A stretch of DNA of 64,000 nucleotides from assembly GCF_006345805.1 (NCBI RefSeq), contig NC_043009.1, positions 67,890,001 through 67,954,000 of the forward strand, written 5' to 3'. Positions 50,817-62,823 of this stretch are shown here, piece after piece. The notes under the pieces are model-generated. The model worked only from the letters and a program-made list of their open reading frames with translations. It made no database searches and had not been told where the DNA came from. Positions within the stretch are counted from its first letter, which is position 1. The number at the start of each line of letters is the position of its first letter. Source of the DNA: Octopus sinensis (taxonomy: Eukaryota). The position numbers were made by a program, and so were the translations under genes.

Positions 50817-51165
50817 GGAGGCGCAATGGCCCAGTGGTTAGAGCGCAATGGCCCAGTGGTTAGAGCGCAATGGCCCAGTGGTTAGAGCGTTGTGTGTGTT
50901 TATTGAGCGAAAAACCTAAAGCTCCACGAGGCGACCCCTGTTGTACTCTTTCGCCCCAACGTTCTCTTACTCTTTCTTCCTGTTTCTTGTCCCCGACTTC
51001 CTACGCAACCGCTGAGCCTGGATGCGCATTCAGCCATCGATGCTCTCGGTGTCGGGGGTTGACCTGCTTTCTCTTCTGCGGGTCTTACGAATAGCAAAGG
51101 ACAACGTTTCGGACTTCTTCCATCTTGTTAGCTCTGGGACGAAGACCGTTCGCTCAACACAACAG
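50817..51165 (+). mobile_element. tRNA-derived SINE with triplicated A-box and deleted B-box
   Basis: GCGCAATGGCCCAGTGGTTAGA x3 (50821-50886), then directly GTGTTTATTGAGCGAAAAACCTAAAGCTCCACG (shared with the 33072-33379 SINE); (CAA)n tail. Confidence 0.8.
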
Positions 51166-51831
51166 CAGCAACAACAACAACAGCGACAACAGCATAAATA
51201 ATAGTAAGAAGAAAAATAATAACAATGGCAACAATAATAACAGCATCTATAATAATAATTACAACAACAATAGTAATAATAGTATTGCTTTCTACTCTAG
51301 GCACAAGGCCTGAAATTTTAGGGGAGTGGGGCTAGACGATCCGTTCGCTACAGACGACTACTCTCTGTCTTATGAGGCCGACCCCCTGACGTAGATGAAA
51401 TCATTCACTTTTATACTTGCAATGGCTTCACAACTCATCATTCTTCATTCAACGAATTTATAACGATTGATAACTTGTTGCTAGAAAAGTATGATCATGA
51501 AAGACGGACCGTCTGCCGTGTTCTAGTCTTGGGAATACGAATGGAAGGCAGGTTATCATGTTTGATTATCTTGAAATTTCTCAAAATTCGATTATATCGA
51601 GGAGGGTGCTGAATATTTAAACGAAAAGTTCGTAAATTTGAGAATTGCTTACGAAAGCTAAGTATAGACTATGTAAGCGGGTTGTGGTAGTTTTGTGGTA
51701 GTTTTGTGATATTGCACAATCTTAATGACTGTATAACTCATTGAACTTTTGCAGCACAGTAGCGAAGTTGTAAAAGAAGAAAAATTAGTGTTAAGGTAAT
51801 CATTTCCATACTCCATTCCACAATATATCAG

Positions 51832-51863
<32 letters not shown>

Positions 51864-51865
<2 letters not shown>

Positions 51866-52027
51866 TAATCAAAATAAGCAACAAGTATATCCCAGGTAGA
51901 GTAGTACAATTGTCTCATGCTGGCAGTTTAAAACTGATGTAATACTTACAGTGTTTAATAAAATGAAGAAGCATGAAACAATTGTACTACTCTACCTTGG
52001 ATATCCTTGTTGCTTATTTTGATTATA
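51864..52027. mobile_element. 164-bp MITE-like palindrome with 58-bp TIRs
   Basis: 51864-51921 vs 51970-52027, 3 mismatches in 58; 48-bp spacer; TA at both ends. Confidence 0.9.
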
Positions 52028-52239
52028 ATCACCCCATTTGATTTATATGGATAATACCATACAAAATTCTAGTGCCTTTAACTTAAGTACCATATTCATC
52101 TGAATCTAAATTTTGCTGAACTTATATATATATATATATAGTATATATATATATATGTATGTATATATATATATATAAATACGTATGTATATGCATACAT
52201 GTATATATGTATATATGTATGTATGTATGCATATATATA

Positions 52240-52322
<83 letters not shown>

Positions 52323-52331
52323 ATATATATA

Positions 52332-52362
<31 letters not shown>

Positions 52363-52374
52363 TATATATGTATA

Positions 52375-52570
52375 TGCATAGATCGTTAGCCACTACGCAT
52401 TCTTTATTTTCTCTCCTTGTTTCTTTCTGTGTTCCTTTCTGTCGAAGAGCGTAGGCTCGAAACGTCAAACACTTTCTCACTTCCCCAGCGTTAAACTAAT
52501 ACATCTATTTGTTCTCTACAGCACATGTTTTCGTCTTTTGTTTGTTTGTTTTTTTGTGAATTCTCCCCAT
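52375..52570 (+). mobile_element. PLE-like terminal repeat with HHR-like motif (52436-52469)
   Basis: TTT-CTGTCGA-A-GAGC(GTAG)GCTC-GAA-ACGT-C-AAA; same family as 26815. Confidence 0.65.
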
Positions 52571-52626
52571 ATATTTATTTGGATGAATGGCTGTCTGTGT
52601 TCGTGTGCGTGAACATACACATCTAC

Positions 52627-53038
52627 TATCTTTTATCTTTCACTTATCTCAGTCATTAGTCTGCGGCCAAGCTGGGGCCACCGCTTTGAAGAAGTTTTAA
52701 TCGGAAGAATCGACCCCAGGACGTATTTTTTTTGTAAAGCCTGGTACTTATTCTATCGGTCTCTTCCATCGAACTGCTAAGCTACGGAGACGTACACACA
52801 TCAACGCCGGCTGCCAAGCGATGGTGGGAAACTAACTCAGACACAAAGACACGAACACACACACACAAACATATATACGATGCGCTTCTTTCAGTTTCCC
52901 TCAACCAAATCCATTCATGAGACTTTGGTCGACCCGAGGCTATAACAGAAGGCACTTACCCAAGGTGCCACGCCATAAGACTGAACCCGAAAGCATGTTG
53001 TTAGGAAGCAACCTTCTTACCACTTAGTCATTTCTGTT
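52627..53038 (-). mobile_element. SINE family B, full length, diverged
   Basis: Colinear with the reverse complement of 55206-55618. Confidence 0.85.
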
Positions 53039-53050
53039 TATACACACACA

Positions 53051-53110
<60 letters not shown>

Positions 53111-53114
53111 TCAT

Positions 53115-53200
53115 ATCGGAAGAATTTACAAAAAAACCCCCAAAAGACGAAGACGGCTGTGTAAACAACGAACAGATGTATTAGTTTAACGCTCGGGAAG
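53115..53200 (-). mobile_element. 3' fragment of the PLE-like terminal repeat family
   Basis: AAAAGACGAAGAC...AACAGATGTATTAGTTTAACGCTCGGGAAGTG is the reverse complement of the 26970-27045 family tail. Confidence 0.7.
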
Positions 53201-53734
53201 TGGTCAGTGCTAGTGTGTGCGCTGGTGGTTTGTGGTATAGTGGTGTGTAGTGTGGTGGTGTGTGGTGTAGTGGTATGGTGTGGTGGTGGTGGGGTGTGGG
53301 GGAGGCGAGAGTGGGGGAAGCAAGGGTGGGGTCCTAAGGGATGGGATGGGATGTATATATATATATATATATATATGGTGTTGAGTGAGGACTACTGCAT
53401 TAGGTTCAAATATAATTTGATAGGTGTGAGGGAGGGGGAGATGGAACAACTGGCTAAAATGAAGGAACGTAAAAGTAATTATGATGGACGGTGGTCGCTA
53501 TTAATTCCTGGATGGAAGTTTGAATGATGGAGCGGTGTTTTAGGAAGAGCGCTGGTGGAATTAGTTCGAAGGACAGTTGCAGAAACATGATAGGAATGAT
53601 AAATGAAGAAGAAAAAGTTTGAGCGGTAATAGGGATGAGTTAATAGTGCTAAATATTTATTTTAACCTACAGATAAAGGTGGAGATATATTCTGTGTTTA
53701 TCCATCCGAACGTCAGCGCCCAGGTATGTTTATT

Positions 53735-53950
53735 GTGTGCAAATACAAACTTGTAGCCAGCTCAAATACGCTTGAGGAATTATTCGAAACAGAAAGAAAG
53801 TTTTTCGTTGTATTTTGTCATGGAGAAAAGTTCTCGCTGTAGACAAATAGCGAGAAATTTTCTCATGACAAAATTCATCGAACGTCCTTCTTGCGGGTTC
53901 GAATATGTTTGCAGCATATTCGAACTGGCAACAATTTTCTATTTATACGC
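53735..53950. repeat. Decayed ~215-bp palindrome with a better-preserved 63-nt central hairpin
   Basis: Core ATTTTGTCATGGAGAAAAGTTCTCGCT / AGCGAGAAATTTTCTCATGACAAAAT (53812-53874); outer arms match in patches (about 75%). Confidence 0.8.
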
Positions 53951-55158
53951 TTCACTGCTTAACACTGTCACCCTGTAATTATGAGTACACTTACTCACGT
54001 TTATATATTCACATATACACACGCGCGCCTATACACTCTACCGAATACATTGATATAAATATGGTTGCATATTGCAAGTATGGTGTCTTTGCAGTTATAT
54101 ATGATTTATAGCAGAGCGAGAAAGCGTTTTAAACAAAAATATCAGAATAATATGGCAGAAATTATAAGTTCTGGTTTGTTGTTTAACCCTATTGACAGCC
54201 GAAGAGAACGAGGTAGGTTGGTGTTTTGATTGATATATGAGAGAAGTAGAAAGATCTGTGGATTGAGAGATACGCAGATTGGCGGACGAATGAACAAATG
54301 GATAGGTAGATTGGCAGAGAAAGAGTCCGATAAATCGATAGAAAAATAAGCTCGATAGATAGGGAATAAAGTTAAATTAACTAAGAAATAACATAGCTTG
54401 AACAGTGTCGCTTTCGGATTTAAAAATCGATCATCGGACGTGCTTTTGGTATGTTTGTTACCACATCGATAATCATGCAGCCTAAACATTGTTACTATTT
54501 GGAGAAATATGTATTTCCATGAATGAAACTCACTGAAGCGTTTCAGGAGAAGAGGTTAGTTTTTTACTATTATTATTTTAAAGGAGACGTGATCCAACTA
54601 TTTGAAGGCCTACTGCGTCTTCGTTTTCCGCTAAGATCTGTGTTTTAATATTTCTTCAATATATCAGTATGTGGGATCAGAACACTGAACGGTTTGGCTT
54701 TGTAGAAATTCTCAAGGCGCCGTGACGAAGCTGTCGTTTGGTAGATTTTGATTATATCTTATATTTACAACAAAACCTATAAACAATTTTCATTTCCAAT
54801 CGTATGAACAATACTTGATATACACAACATAAAACATCTACGATGTTCTATGTTATGATATGACTTTCGGACCCACATCCCCGCTCTCCATACCAAGTTT
54901 CTAGATTTGGTGGGGCTATTCTCTATATCCTGTTCAGAGTACACAACAGCTGTAGTTTATATTAATATCCTTGACTTGACGGAATTTCACACACGAGCAT
55001 GCACACCGTCACAAACATAAAAACAGATGTAAAAGTCATATATTATATTATATCATATCATAGTTAGACATATATAAATGCACACACACGCATGTACATT
55101 ATATATACACATACATACACACACGCACACACATGTACTTACACGTATGTAACTATAT

Positions 55159-55205
<47 letters not shown>

Positions 55206-55208
<3 letters not shown>

Positions 55209-55618
55209 CGTAGGAGTGGCTGCGTGGTAAGTAGCTTGCTAACCAACCACATGGTTCCGGGTTCAGTCCCACTGCGTGGCACCTTGGGCAAGTGTCTTCT
55301 ACTATAGCCTCGGGTCGACCAAAACCTTGTGAGCGGATTTGGTAGACGGAAACTGAAAGAAGCCCGTCGTATATATGTATATATATGAATGTATGTGTGT
55401 GTGTATATGTTTGTGTATCTGAGTTTGTCCCCCCAACAATGCTTCACAACCGATGCCAGTGTGTTTACGTGTTTACTTAGCGGTTCGGCAAAAGAGACCG
55501 ATAGAATAAGTACTAGGCTTACAAAGAATAAGTCCTGGGTTCGATTTGCTCGACTAAAGGCGGTGCTCCAGCATGGCCACAGTCAAATGACTGAAACAAG
55601 TAAAAGATTAAAAGAGAA
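55206..55618 (+). mobile_element. SINE family B (tRNA head, CORE-like block), full-length young copy
   Basis: AGGCGTAGGAGTGGCTGCGTGGTAAG (A-box-like), GGTTCAGTCCC (B-box), CACCTTGGGCAAGTGTCTT (CORE-like), internal (TA)/(TG) tract, AAAAGA tail. Confidence 0.92.
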
Positions 55619-55872
55619 TATATATATATATTATATATATAGTCACATATACATACACATATACATATACGTATATACACACATATACATATATACATAT
55701 ATATATATATCCGATTGCATGTTTTGTAGATATGTCAACTCCCACCACCTTCCTTCTCCCTCTTCCTCCTCCGAACCCTTTCCCCCTTAACGAATCAGTT
55801 GATGCCTTACAGAAACACGAAGCTAACATTACGATGCTGTCGGTAACGCCCCCGCTCCCACCACACATAACT

Positions 55873-55873
55873 C

Positions 55874-55948
<75 letters not shown>

Positions 55949-56000
55949 ACTGCTACTGCTGCTGCTGCTACTGCTGCTGCTGCTGCTGCAGCTGTTGTTG
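55873..56000. repeat. Compound (CAC)n-(TAC)n-(TGC)n microsatellite
   Basis: Direct reading; source of the poly-H/Y/C and poly-S pseudo-ORFs. Confidence 0.95.
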
Positions 56001-57031
56001 TTCTTATTTTTTATTTCCTTTCTTAATATATTTTCTTTTAGCTGTTTCTGTGCCGCCCTGCAACTGACCATTCCGGTTCATCTACCATTATCTCCTGTTA
56101 TCATCGTAGCTTTTCCCATATCCTGTTCTGCTCATTGAACACACACCTTTTGTTTCCCCTTTTTTTAAAAGAAAATGTTTATTGGTTCTGGTATTGAGTT
56201 ATCTTAACGTCAGAACCGACATCGATTATCAGCCGACTGCGTTGGCATTCACACTCGTTAGCCAACCAGTTAGCCAACAGTTATTGGTACTCTTATTCTT
56301 CTACACCTTCCCATTAATTAAATATACTGATCTCAATCGTCTTTCATTGACGAAGAAGCTAATGAGCTAATGAGCTAATGAGCGCAACATGGGCAGTTGG
56401 TGAGTGCTGACGTGATTTACGAGGTTTCGTCCTTATGGTGGTGGGGGGTGGAGGGACTTCAATGGATATGCAAACCATTAAGATCCAATATGATCAGAGA
56501 AGGATTCCGCTTTAAACTGTTTGAAAAATTTCTCTCTACTTCTCAAACCACATCCTATCATGATAAAAGAATGAAAAAAAAAAAAAAGAAAACATACTGA
56601 ATAATGTGGAGATGGCCACCGTTAGAATGTCTTTGGTCACAGATCTGTTGAAAAGGATGACAAGAAGCTAGAAACAAGAACGGCCAGCTACGTTTTATTA
56701 GCGCTTTGTTCGTCCGCTTTTTTCTATTTATTCGATATTCAAAACCGGTCAGTTTGTAAACACATAATGATTTCTTCCATTGGTAGACGACTGCATAATT
56801 TTGTAGATAGGTAAGAGATACAGTAATTTGACATGTTCTCAGTAGATGGCTAGCTCTTCATCAGGCATCAAGGATTTGAACTGAAACCATAAAGGACGCA
56901 GTAAACCGTCGTAAGTCATTTTCCCAGACACTCCGCCATTTTTACCAGTCCACCGCCATAACAACATCGCTACATAACACCAGAGTTATTGAGAATATAG
57001 CAATTATATTACAGTAATGCATGTTTTACAC

Positions 57032-57277
57032 CAGGGATTCTCACCCCCTTTATTTTTTTACTTATGGCCCCCTTTGGTTCCTATTTTACTCGGGTGGGTG
57101 CTCATAACCATTTGATAATAACCCTATTTTTATAATTAAGTATTATTGGTAATTGTATAAAAGCTGCTAAAATATTTGGTCTTGTACAAGTATAAGCAAT
57201 TCCTTGCACATGAATTTTAACAACTAAATCTTCTATGGACCCTTAAGGGTTGGCTGAACCTCTGTTGGGAACCACTC
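57032..57277. mobile_element. hAT-type MITE with 8-bp TSD
   Basis: Ends CAGGGATTCTCAC / GTTGGGAACCACTC; flanks TTTTACAC (57024-57031) and TTTTGCAC (57278-57285), 7/8 identical. Confidence 0.75.
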
Positions 57278-57499
57278 TTTTGCACGATGTACAAGTTTAC
57301 AATACCACGTGACTCAATTTAATGATCAGGTGAGCATTGCTATTTAACATGGCTACCATTTTAATGAAAGAGGCTTGGTTACTGAACTAAAGAAAACTTC
57401 TGGAGATAAAGGACACCTCGTAACTATTATAAACGCTTGGGACCAGGTGATTTACCATTCAATAAAATCATTGCTGGAAACAGCGGCAGACGACAGTAC

Positions 57500-59200
57500 A
57501 TTCCACTCGGCACTCAGCATCGCTAATCATGTTTGAGAGAACTGACTCGTTAATCTAAAAATGTGTTTTGAAGTAGTCACAATAGATGACAGCATAAAAA
57601 GGGCGATCCTATTTATATCTACTGGAGAGACAGGACCTCGTGAAATTGGTCATACACTAAATAAGAAAACAAACATATACCGCGAGTACGAAAGACTACA
57701 TCCTATTATAGCCCATGTTTCCGAATAAAATCTGAATAAACTGTTAGTTTAAACATTGTAAACCACGAGATTTTGATAAGAATGATACAGATTGAGAATC
57801 ACTTCACTGAAGAGACAAACCCCGTCATCAGAATAAAATTATCACATCAGGCTTAGAATGTGTTCAGGCAGTTCTATGGTCCAGTTGATTAGCAAGTAAG
57901 ATAATGGAAGAAAACACACCGAACCAACACAAAGAAGATAATATTAATTTCGAAGTATAAAAGTTCTGCTACATATGTGGTTTTAAATCTCCAGATTTCG
58001 TATACAGGTTTCCGATCCTATCCAAAATGTCCCGCAAATGACAATTTGCTACTCATGTTAGAAAATAAATGTAAAAATGTCAGCTGACGAGCATATGCAA
58101 ATCAAGGCAGCCACAGTTTAGAGTTTTGGTAACACTTCCACGCTTAGCAATTTGAAAAGCAATTTTAATAACTTACACGGAAACGAGCGATCAGTCAATA
58201 ACGATAAATTTCTTCTCAATCTAAGGATGAAGATCAATAAAATACCAACTGATAGAACTTGATGGAAGTCACATGAGTTATCATCGATTAAGAAGGGGCA
58301 ACTTGTAATTAACTGACGTGGATTCATTCAATAAAGTCAAGAGATTAAACACTGAAGCGATTGTCCAAGCATGTAAATATAGGATCTTCACCAGAGGCTC
58401 AATTGCACCTCTGGCTTTGCTTGGTTTAATTCAAGTCACACATGACTTTGGTTCAATTCACCGTATTTACAGAATGTTTGTCACAAAATCAATGACTTGG
58501 CAACTGATTATTAGATTGTGAGGCAGGATTGCTCTCTTGGTTTCTTTCGAAATTCTAACAACAGCATAAATTGATTCAATTACTGAGCAATTGCCTGAAG
58601 TATTCCAAGGCATTGGTAAGACGTAAAAATTTGTTAAATTTATCCATTTGCCCTGATATGAATAAAACCTGTAATACAACCTGGTAGACTAAAGCGTTTC
58701 ATGTAAAAATAAATAAATGAGAAGAAATTCAATGTATGATGGACCCGAAACGTGGGTTTCAAAACAGAAATCTGCTTCTGTTCATCCCTGAGAACCGACA
58801 CAGGGCAAATGTAACTATACAAAAGAAGATATCCAGTATTTGCTGTTGATGAGGGACAGGAAAATTGAATTGGGTTGTTTCCTTCAAACCAGGATCTTAA
58901 CAAGGGCTTCCATCAAGGACAATAAAAACATTAACGCGTCATATAAAAACGTTTGATTCTTCAAAAGGATTGCATCTACATAAATGCTTTTTTCTAGGAA
59001 TTTTTCTAACGTTTGAAGAATTTCATAATATCACGAGCAACCGCTTTAAATTTGAAAGTACCTCCGCAAGGAGAAAAGAATTTACACCATCGAACTGATA
59101 TAAAATGAAAGAAATAAAACAAGATAATGTAACTCTCTAATGGTAGCGTTGGTGCATGCTCTATACAAACTTCATACGTCCTGGTATTCATGAACGGGAC
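57500..59200 (+). mobile_element. Heavily decayed Ty3/Gypsy LTR retrotransposon (gag, protease, RT)
   Basis: V*EN*LVNL..F..TIDDSIKRAILF and NHFTEETNP (gag); CYICG..CPA (zinc knuckles, 57965-58036); ID*EGATCN (protease, 58283); PEVFQGIGK (58594); GPETWVS (58741); DLNKGFHQ (58893); TFDSSKGL..FLGI. The order is correct. Confidence 0.7.
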
Positions 59201-59219
59201 ACCAATCCGTCACGGGGGT

Positions 59220-59350
59220 GACTCATTTTTGCCAGCTGAGGGAACTGAAGCAACAGCAAATGAAGTGTCTTGCTCAAGAACACAACGTGCCACCAAATGG
59301 GAATCGAAACTACGACCCAACGATTAAAAGGGCAACACCCTATATCACTT
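59220..59350 (-). mobile_element. SINE family C, 5' half
   Basis: CTCATTTTTGCCAGCTGAG...GTGTCTTGCTCAAGAACACAACG. Confidence 0.75.
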
Positions 59351-59351
59351 A

Positions 59352-59586
59352 CCTATTTCTTTATTACCCACAAGGGGCTAAACACAGAGAGGACAAACAA
59401 GGACAGACAAAGGGATTAAGTCGATTACATCGACCCCAGTGCGTAACTGGTACTTATTTAATCGAACCCGAAAGGATGAAAGGCAAAGTCGACCTCGGCG
59501 GAATTTGAACTCAGAACGTAACGGCAGACGAAATACGGCTACGCATTTCGCCCGACGTGCTAACGTTTCTGCCAGCTCACCGCCTT
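59352..59586 (-). mobile_element. SINE family A, full-length young copy (tail type 1)
   Basis: Near-identical to the 49620-49755 head; tail TTAATCCCTTTGTCTGTCC...GGGTAATAAAGAAATAGG. Confidence 0.95.
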
Positions 59587-59779
59587 TCCTTATATCTCAT
59601 ACCAATTATCAAAAGAGGGAATTACGGAGAATAAAAAATGTAAATAAAGAAATAAAATTTTAATAGAAAAAAAAAAGCATTGACCGAGCGTTTGTTTCAT
59701 CTCTGACTGTAATCAGATGGAGTAAGTATCGTTGCCAAACTGATAAGTTTAATTTAACTTAATGGGTCTTCCGTCGATT

Positions 59780-59967
59780 TCAGTGATGAATATTTAGCTA
59801 TGCGATCAATTGAATGACTTATTCTTTGAATTAACGAGTGAAGCGGTTGTGTATTCCAGAGACACACGTCTCCTTGGTGTAATTCTCAGATTGAACAACG
59901 TATCGCAGCGTGTGACAAGCAAGTTATTATTATTATTATTATTATTATTATATTATTATTATTATTA

Positions 59968-60013
<46 letters not shown>

Positions 60014-60300
60014 GTTATTTACTTCTTAAAATTTTTAATAGTTTTTATTATTGATTCAATTAATCCGAAGGCCTTTGAAACAGATATCGCCCCGACCACC
60101 CAGCTTTATTTACAGGGCCTTGAGTCAGCTTGTAACTAAAATGATACTGATCCAAGTTATCAAGCAATGTACTAGAACTCAGGAACTCGTGATGGCCTAG
60201 GGAAATCTTTAACCATTCGACTATGTTGCATCCATATACTCCTTAAATATGTCGACCGATTTTGCCAAGAAACTGTATTCACGGTTTATGAATTTTCGTT
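59780..60300 (+). mobile_element. Possible continuation of the Gypsy pol (RNase H/connection), split by (TTA)n
   Basis: FFELTSEAVVY..LLGVIL and NPKAFETDIAPTT..LQ resemble RNase H and post-RNase H segments; weak. Confidence 0.35.
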
Positions 60301-60310
60301 GACTGAATAA

Positions 60311-60518
60311 GACGGTGAGAGCTGGTTGAACTGTTACCGCGCCGGACAAAACGCTTCGCTGCATTTCGTTTGTCTTTTCTTTCGGAGTTCAAATTCCGTC
60401 GAGATCGACTTTGCCTTTCATCCTTTCGGGGTCGGTAAAAATAATTACCAGTTTGCCACTTGAGACGATTTAGACCCCCTCTCTTAAAATTCCTGGCCTT
60501 GTACCAAATTTTGAAACC
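60311..60518 (+). mobile_element. SINE family A
   Basis: GAGTTCAAATTCCGTCGAGATCGACTTTGCCTTTCATCCTTTCGGGGTCG; tail GGCCTTGTACCAAATTTTGAAACC. Confidence 0.85.
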
Positions 60519-60658
60519 GATATTTATTAACTCTGCGGTAACTCTGTTACTGGTATTAGATATTTTGATCATGCCGAGTTGTGAACTTGAATTGGCTCCA
60601 ATGGAACAAAGACATGACAAAATTAAATATTTCTAATCGATATATATCGACCTTGGTT

Positions 60659-60706
<48 letters not shown>

Positions 60707-61424
60707 TATATACCCTACTCCTTGTAGTAGAATTGATTTGTTGCTGTTTAGTTTCAGCTTAGACGGAGCGCATCTATTATGACCCAAAGGTGTTCCGGGG
60801 GTCACCATCTCTCTTTTTTCCAGATAGTGCTCCTTGGATAATGTTGCGCAATATAGTATGGTACTAGGCCTTCCCCCCACCCCCCGAGTGTCTACCCTAG
60901 TTTCCGTCCCTCACCTTTTTAGTTATACTTAAATACATCGATGCATTCTCAACTACGTCTACTGGATTTAGAAGTAATTAGTTTTCTGTTAAGCAAACAT
61001 TTGACTTTTGCATGTTATTTATTTTATACCCCGTCTTTTTTACTAATGAAAAACGATTTCTCTTTGAGTAATCTTGCCAAATTCAATACGAGCAATTTAT
61101 ATTAATCTACATCAATCATGTTATCTTTCCTACAAGCGTCTGAGGCCGGATGTCGAGACAACTTCGAGCCACGTCCTAAATAAACATTTGTTAATTATAT
61201 ACCACTTCAGGCGCTGAAATCGTCACTCTGTACATATAATAAAATACCTCGTTATTCATTTGGCCCAAGCTAAGAGTTCTCCCTATGGGAACCTTGCGCT
61301 GAGCTGTTGTTGGATACGAACCACGGTCCGGCATATAATCGATTCAGATATTTATATCTCGATACAAGATATAAATACTGAGGATTTTTAAACATTTCAA
61401 TGTTAAATCAGTTGATTGGCTTCA

Positions 61425-61590
61425 TCTTTTACCTTTTACCTGTTTCACTCAGTGGATTGCGGCCATGCTGGGGCACCGCATCGCAAGGCCTTTAGTCGAA
61501 CAAATCGACCCAAGTAATTATTTTCTAAAGTCTGTTACTTGTTGTATCGGTCTCTTTTGCCTAACCGCTAATTTATGGCTACGTAAACAA
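61425..61590 (-). mobile_element. SINE family B, 3' half
   Basis: TTGCGGCCATGCTGGGGCACCGC...TATCGGTCTCTTTTGCC.AACCGCTAA. Confidence 0.8.
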
Positions 61591-61612
61591 CCCATATAAA
61601 AAGCATACATAC

Positions 61613-61737
<125 letters not shown>

Positions 61738-62522
61738 GCATAATCCAGGCGATCACCTCATCAGCAATTCATATAAGAACCTGTCTAGCGTAGTGCACCC
61801 ATAAGGAAGACCAGTTATACTTTAGTTAATGATAAAAGTATATATATATATCTAGAAGGCATACTACACCAACAGAATGAATAACGGTTAATTCAATTGA
61901 AGAGAAGCGAAACCAAATCATTGTTACGCGCGTCTCCTTAAACGAACGTCGTTTATTCCATAATAACATACAAAGTCATAACGCATGTGTATTTGTAATA
62001 TATGCGACATATGTGATAAAACTGTCGTTCATTTACTTCCTTAAGCATCCTGATTTGAATCGGAACCGAGTCATTGTATTTATTCTAGTGATCTCTGAGA
62101 AACAGTGGAATCGGCAGCACCAGGTTTTGTTCTCATTGAAGACAAAAGACTGACACTTTGCGGCTTCACTCTTTACAGCGAATTCGTCTTCTACTTGAAC
62201 AGTTCCCACCGTAAGGAGCATTAGTTGGATCGGAAAGCGGCATTTAAGGAATTATGTAGGGTTGGGTTTCTTCCCCGCCTCCCTCCTTTCATTTATACAC
62301 ATATATATATATATTGATACATGCATGCATACATGCATAGGATGTCTTAAAACATAACGGCATCCCTGATCAAGATTCCCTGGTACTAACAACAGCAACA
62401 ACAATATCATGCACATCACAATCATGTGTCGATGTCATTATTGTTCACACATCGACAACTTAGATACGTGGTTCTGGAGTTGAACCATTTTCTCTAAGAT
62501 GGAGAAAATAATTGGCACTAAA

Positions 62523-62823
62523 TTACGACGATGGGGGTTCCATTTGATCCGATTGATGGAACAGCCAGCTCGTGAAATTCACGTGCAAGTGGTTGAGCAC
62601 TCCACAGGTACGCGTACACGTAACATAGTTCTCAGCGTGACACAGAATGTGACAAGGCTGGCCCCTTTGAAATACAGGTACTACACATTTTTGCCAGCCA
62701 AGTGGACTGGAGCAATGTGCAAGAAAGTGTCTTGCTCAAGGACACAACACGTCCCCGAGAATTGAACTCGCGACCTTACGATCTTGAGCCGAATTCTCTA
62801 ACCACTAAGCCATGCACCTTCAC
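62523..62823 (-). mobile_element. SINE family C, near full length
   Basis: Minus strand: GTGAAGGTGCATGGCTTAGTGGTTAG (A-box), GAGTTCAATCTC (B-box), TGTGTCCTTGAGCAAGACACTT. Confidence 0.9.

Noticed and set aside
50821-50889. Regularly spaced 22-bp direct repeats (CRISPR-like) and tRNA-like heads in SINEs
   Set aside because: The repeats have no spacers, there are no cas genes, and the context is eukaryotic. SINE heads lack a complete cloverleaf, so no tRNA genes are called.
56829-56866. Minus-strand CTGATGAAGAG...GAACATGTC
   Set aside because: GAAA is incomplete and stems I and II pair poorly; possible ancient remnant only.
57400-58100. Initially read as a LINE RT fragment (TAADDSTF, TLNKKT)
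   Set aside because: The surrounding motifs fit Gypsy gag with zinc knuckles better, and are followed by protease and RT.
62033-62221. 62-aa ORF with KCQSFVFNE..WC resembling a PAN/apple domain
   Set aside because: The two upstream cysteines expected for PAN are F and S, there are no convincing splice sites, and it is isolated; a tBLASTn hit would be needed.
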